DNA of 25,009 nt from a virus (Duplodnaviria > Caudoviricetes): IMG/VR virus record IMGVR_UViG_3300029318_000093, positions 1 to 25,009 of that record; one strand, 5' to 3'. Shown one piece after another: positions 23,967-25,009 of this stretch (positions are counted from its first letter, which is position 1; each line of letters begins with the position of its first letter). The notes under the pieces are model-generated. The model was not told the DNA's origin. It saw only the letters and a program-made list of their open reading frames with translations, and ran no database searches. A program made the translations under genes and the position numbers.

Positions 23967-24478
23967 GCTGCATACTCCATAATAGTCATACCAGATGTAC
24001 TAGCTCTTTCAATAGTTGCACTAGAATGATAATTGTCACCATTTATATGAAAACTACCAGTGCTTTCAATTCTCGCTCGAACTTTATAAGTATGTGAGCT
24101 TGTATCTCCTGGTGTGGTTTCTGTAATACACATATTAGTAGTTACATTTCCATTTGTATTACCTGCATTATTAGAATATAAGTTCTGTTGTGTAGTTGAG
24201 TTTAAAGTTCCTCCATGTGTAGAAAAAGCTAAACTTGTACTATCTTTTCTTAGTTGTGTAAGTACATTTCCATAATTCCAAAACTCACCACTAACATGAA
24301 CATAATACATTATTATCAATTTATTACTAGAATCGTTTGCTGCAAAACTTAGACTCATTCCTGTAATGTCTACAAAAGAACTAGAAGTACTATAAAATCC
24401 ATTAGTTTTTGTTGTAGATTTTACTTGAACAATTCTTCCAGAATTAGAATTAGAACCATCTCCATAATAAATAGCCAT
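23963..24478 (-). CDS. Short tail-fibre/receptor-binding-like protein
   Basis: GRIVQV.ST.K, FVDITGMS, DTSSHTYKV, C-terminal TIME.AA. Confidence 0.7.
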   Translation of the reverse strand: MAIYYGDGSNSNSGRIVQVKSTTKTNGFYSTSSSFVDITGMSLSFAANDSSNKLIIMYYVHVSGEFWNYGNVLTQLRKDSTSLAFSTHGGTLNSTTQQNLYSNNAGNTNGNVTTNMCITETTPGDTSSHTYKVRARIESTGSFHINGDNYHSSATIERASTSGMTIMEYAA

Positions 24479-25008
24479 TATGATACCTCCGTCAGGTTAA
24501 ATTTATATTTTTTACCATTGCGTCTGTTAATCAAGAAAAGATCTTCTGCACCTTCTTGTATAGTATAACTTCCCCAAGTTCCGTCAACGTCATTAGATGA
24601 GCCTTCATTTGATAATTGAAGGTCATTGGTGTAGATGTTTCTCCATCTTAATGATGTAGTGCCTAAATCGTATGAGTTATCTGATGCTGGTTGTATGCCA
24701 TCATTAGTAATCTGTACCCTTAATCCTCCTTGACGGAAAAAATTATGAACTGAGGCATTATATTCAATTTTTTTATAAGCTCCAAACCCTGTTGTTCCAG
24801 ATGCTATTTGTAAACCTTCACTATTTAAATCAAAGAAAACATGACCAGTACTACCATCATCTATGATAATTTTTCCATCAGAAAACAAAGCTCCATAACT
24901 TGTAGTCTCGAACTTTTTACTGCCATTATGATATAACTTTACTGCTCCGTCTTCTATAGCTTCAATAATATGTTCGCTATCAGCAGCGTTTGAAACATTA
25001 AAATAACT
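24478..25008 (-). CDS. Tail-fibre protein, C-terminal part (starts beyond window)
   Basis: Frame open to window edge; DGAVKLYHNGSKKFETTS, YDLG...RWRNIYTNDL, DGTWG.YTIQEG.EDLFL. Confidence 0.85.
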   Translation of the reverse strand, partial: SYFNVSNAADSEHIIEAIEDGAVKLYHNGSKKFETTSYGALFSDGKIIIDDGSTGHVFFDLNSEGLQIASGTTGFGAYKKIEYNASVHNFFRQGGLRVQITNDGIQPASDNSYDLGTTSLRWRNIYTNDLQLSNEGSSNDVDGTWGSYTIQEGAEDLFLINRRNGKKYKFNLTEVS

Positions 25009-25009
25009 G

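Noticed and set aside
23655-25009. Diversity-generating retroelement or invertible tail cassette
   Set aside because: No reverse transcriptase, invertase or template/variable repeat pair visible

Overview
Part of an AT-rich dsDNA phage genome, probably a siphovirus of marine picocyanobacteria (Prochlorococcus/Synechococcus type). This is inferred from cyanophage-style tail-fibre repeats, small proteins and a cyanobacterial LexA box. Left to right: (1) 1-7200, a very AT-rich region of small early-type ORFs (GP88-like, YubB/DUF1281-like, RHH regulator) with many regulatory repeats. (2) 7200-16750, a replication/recombination module: stand-alone NAD-ligase adenylation domain, probable origin with GTCCAAC iterons, primase-VirE, VRR-NUC, C5 methyltransferase, SF2 helicase, RecE/RecT-like pair, HTH and possible SSB. 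(3) A candidate structured ncRNA, small ORFs, an NrdR-like Zn ribbon and a 2OG-Fe(II) oxygenase. (4) Membrane/secreted proteins and the distal tail-fibre genes. Strongest signals: a strand-polarised GCGAGTC motif (15 copies, all on +, independent of gene strand and frame), a dual-frame split DNA methyltransferase with a modular nested subunit, a palindrome-plus-TATAAT promoter class, and a LexA-box promoter firing into the GCGAGTC array. All product calls come from motif recognition by eye; no searches were run.
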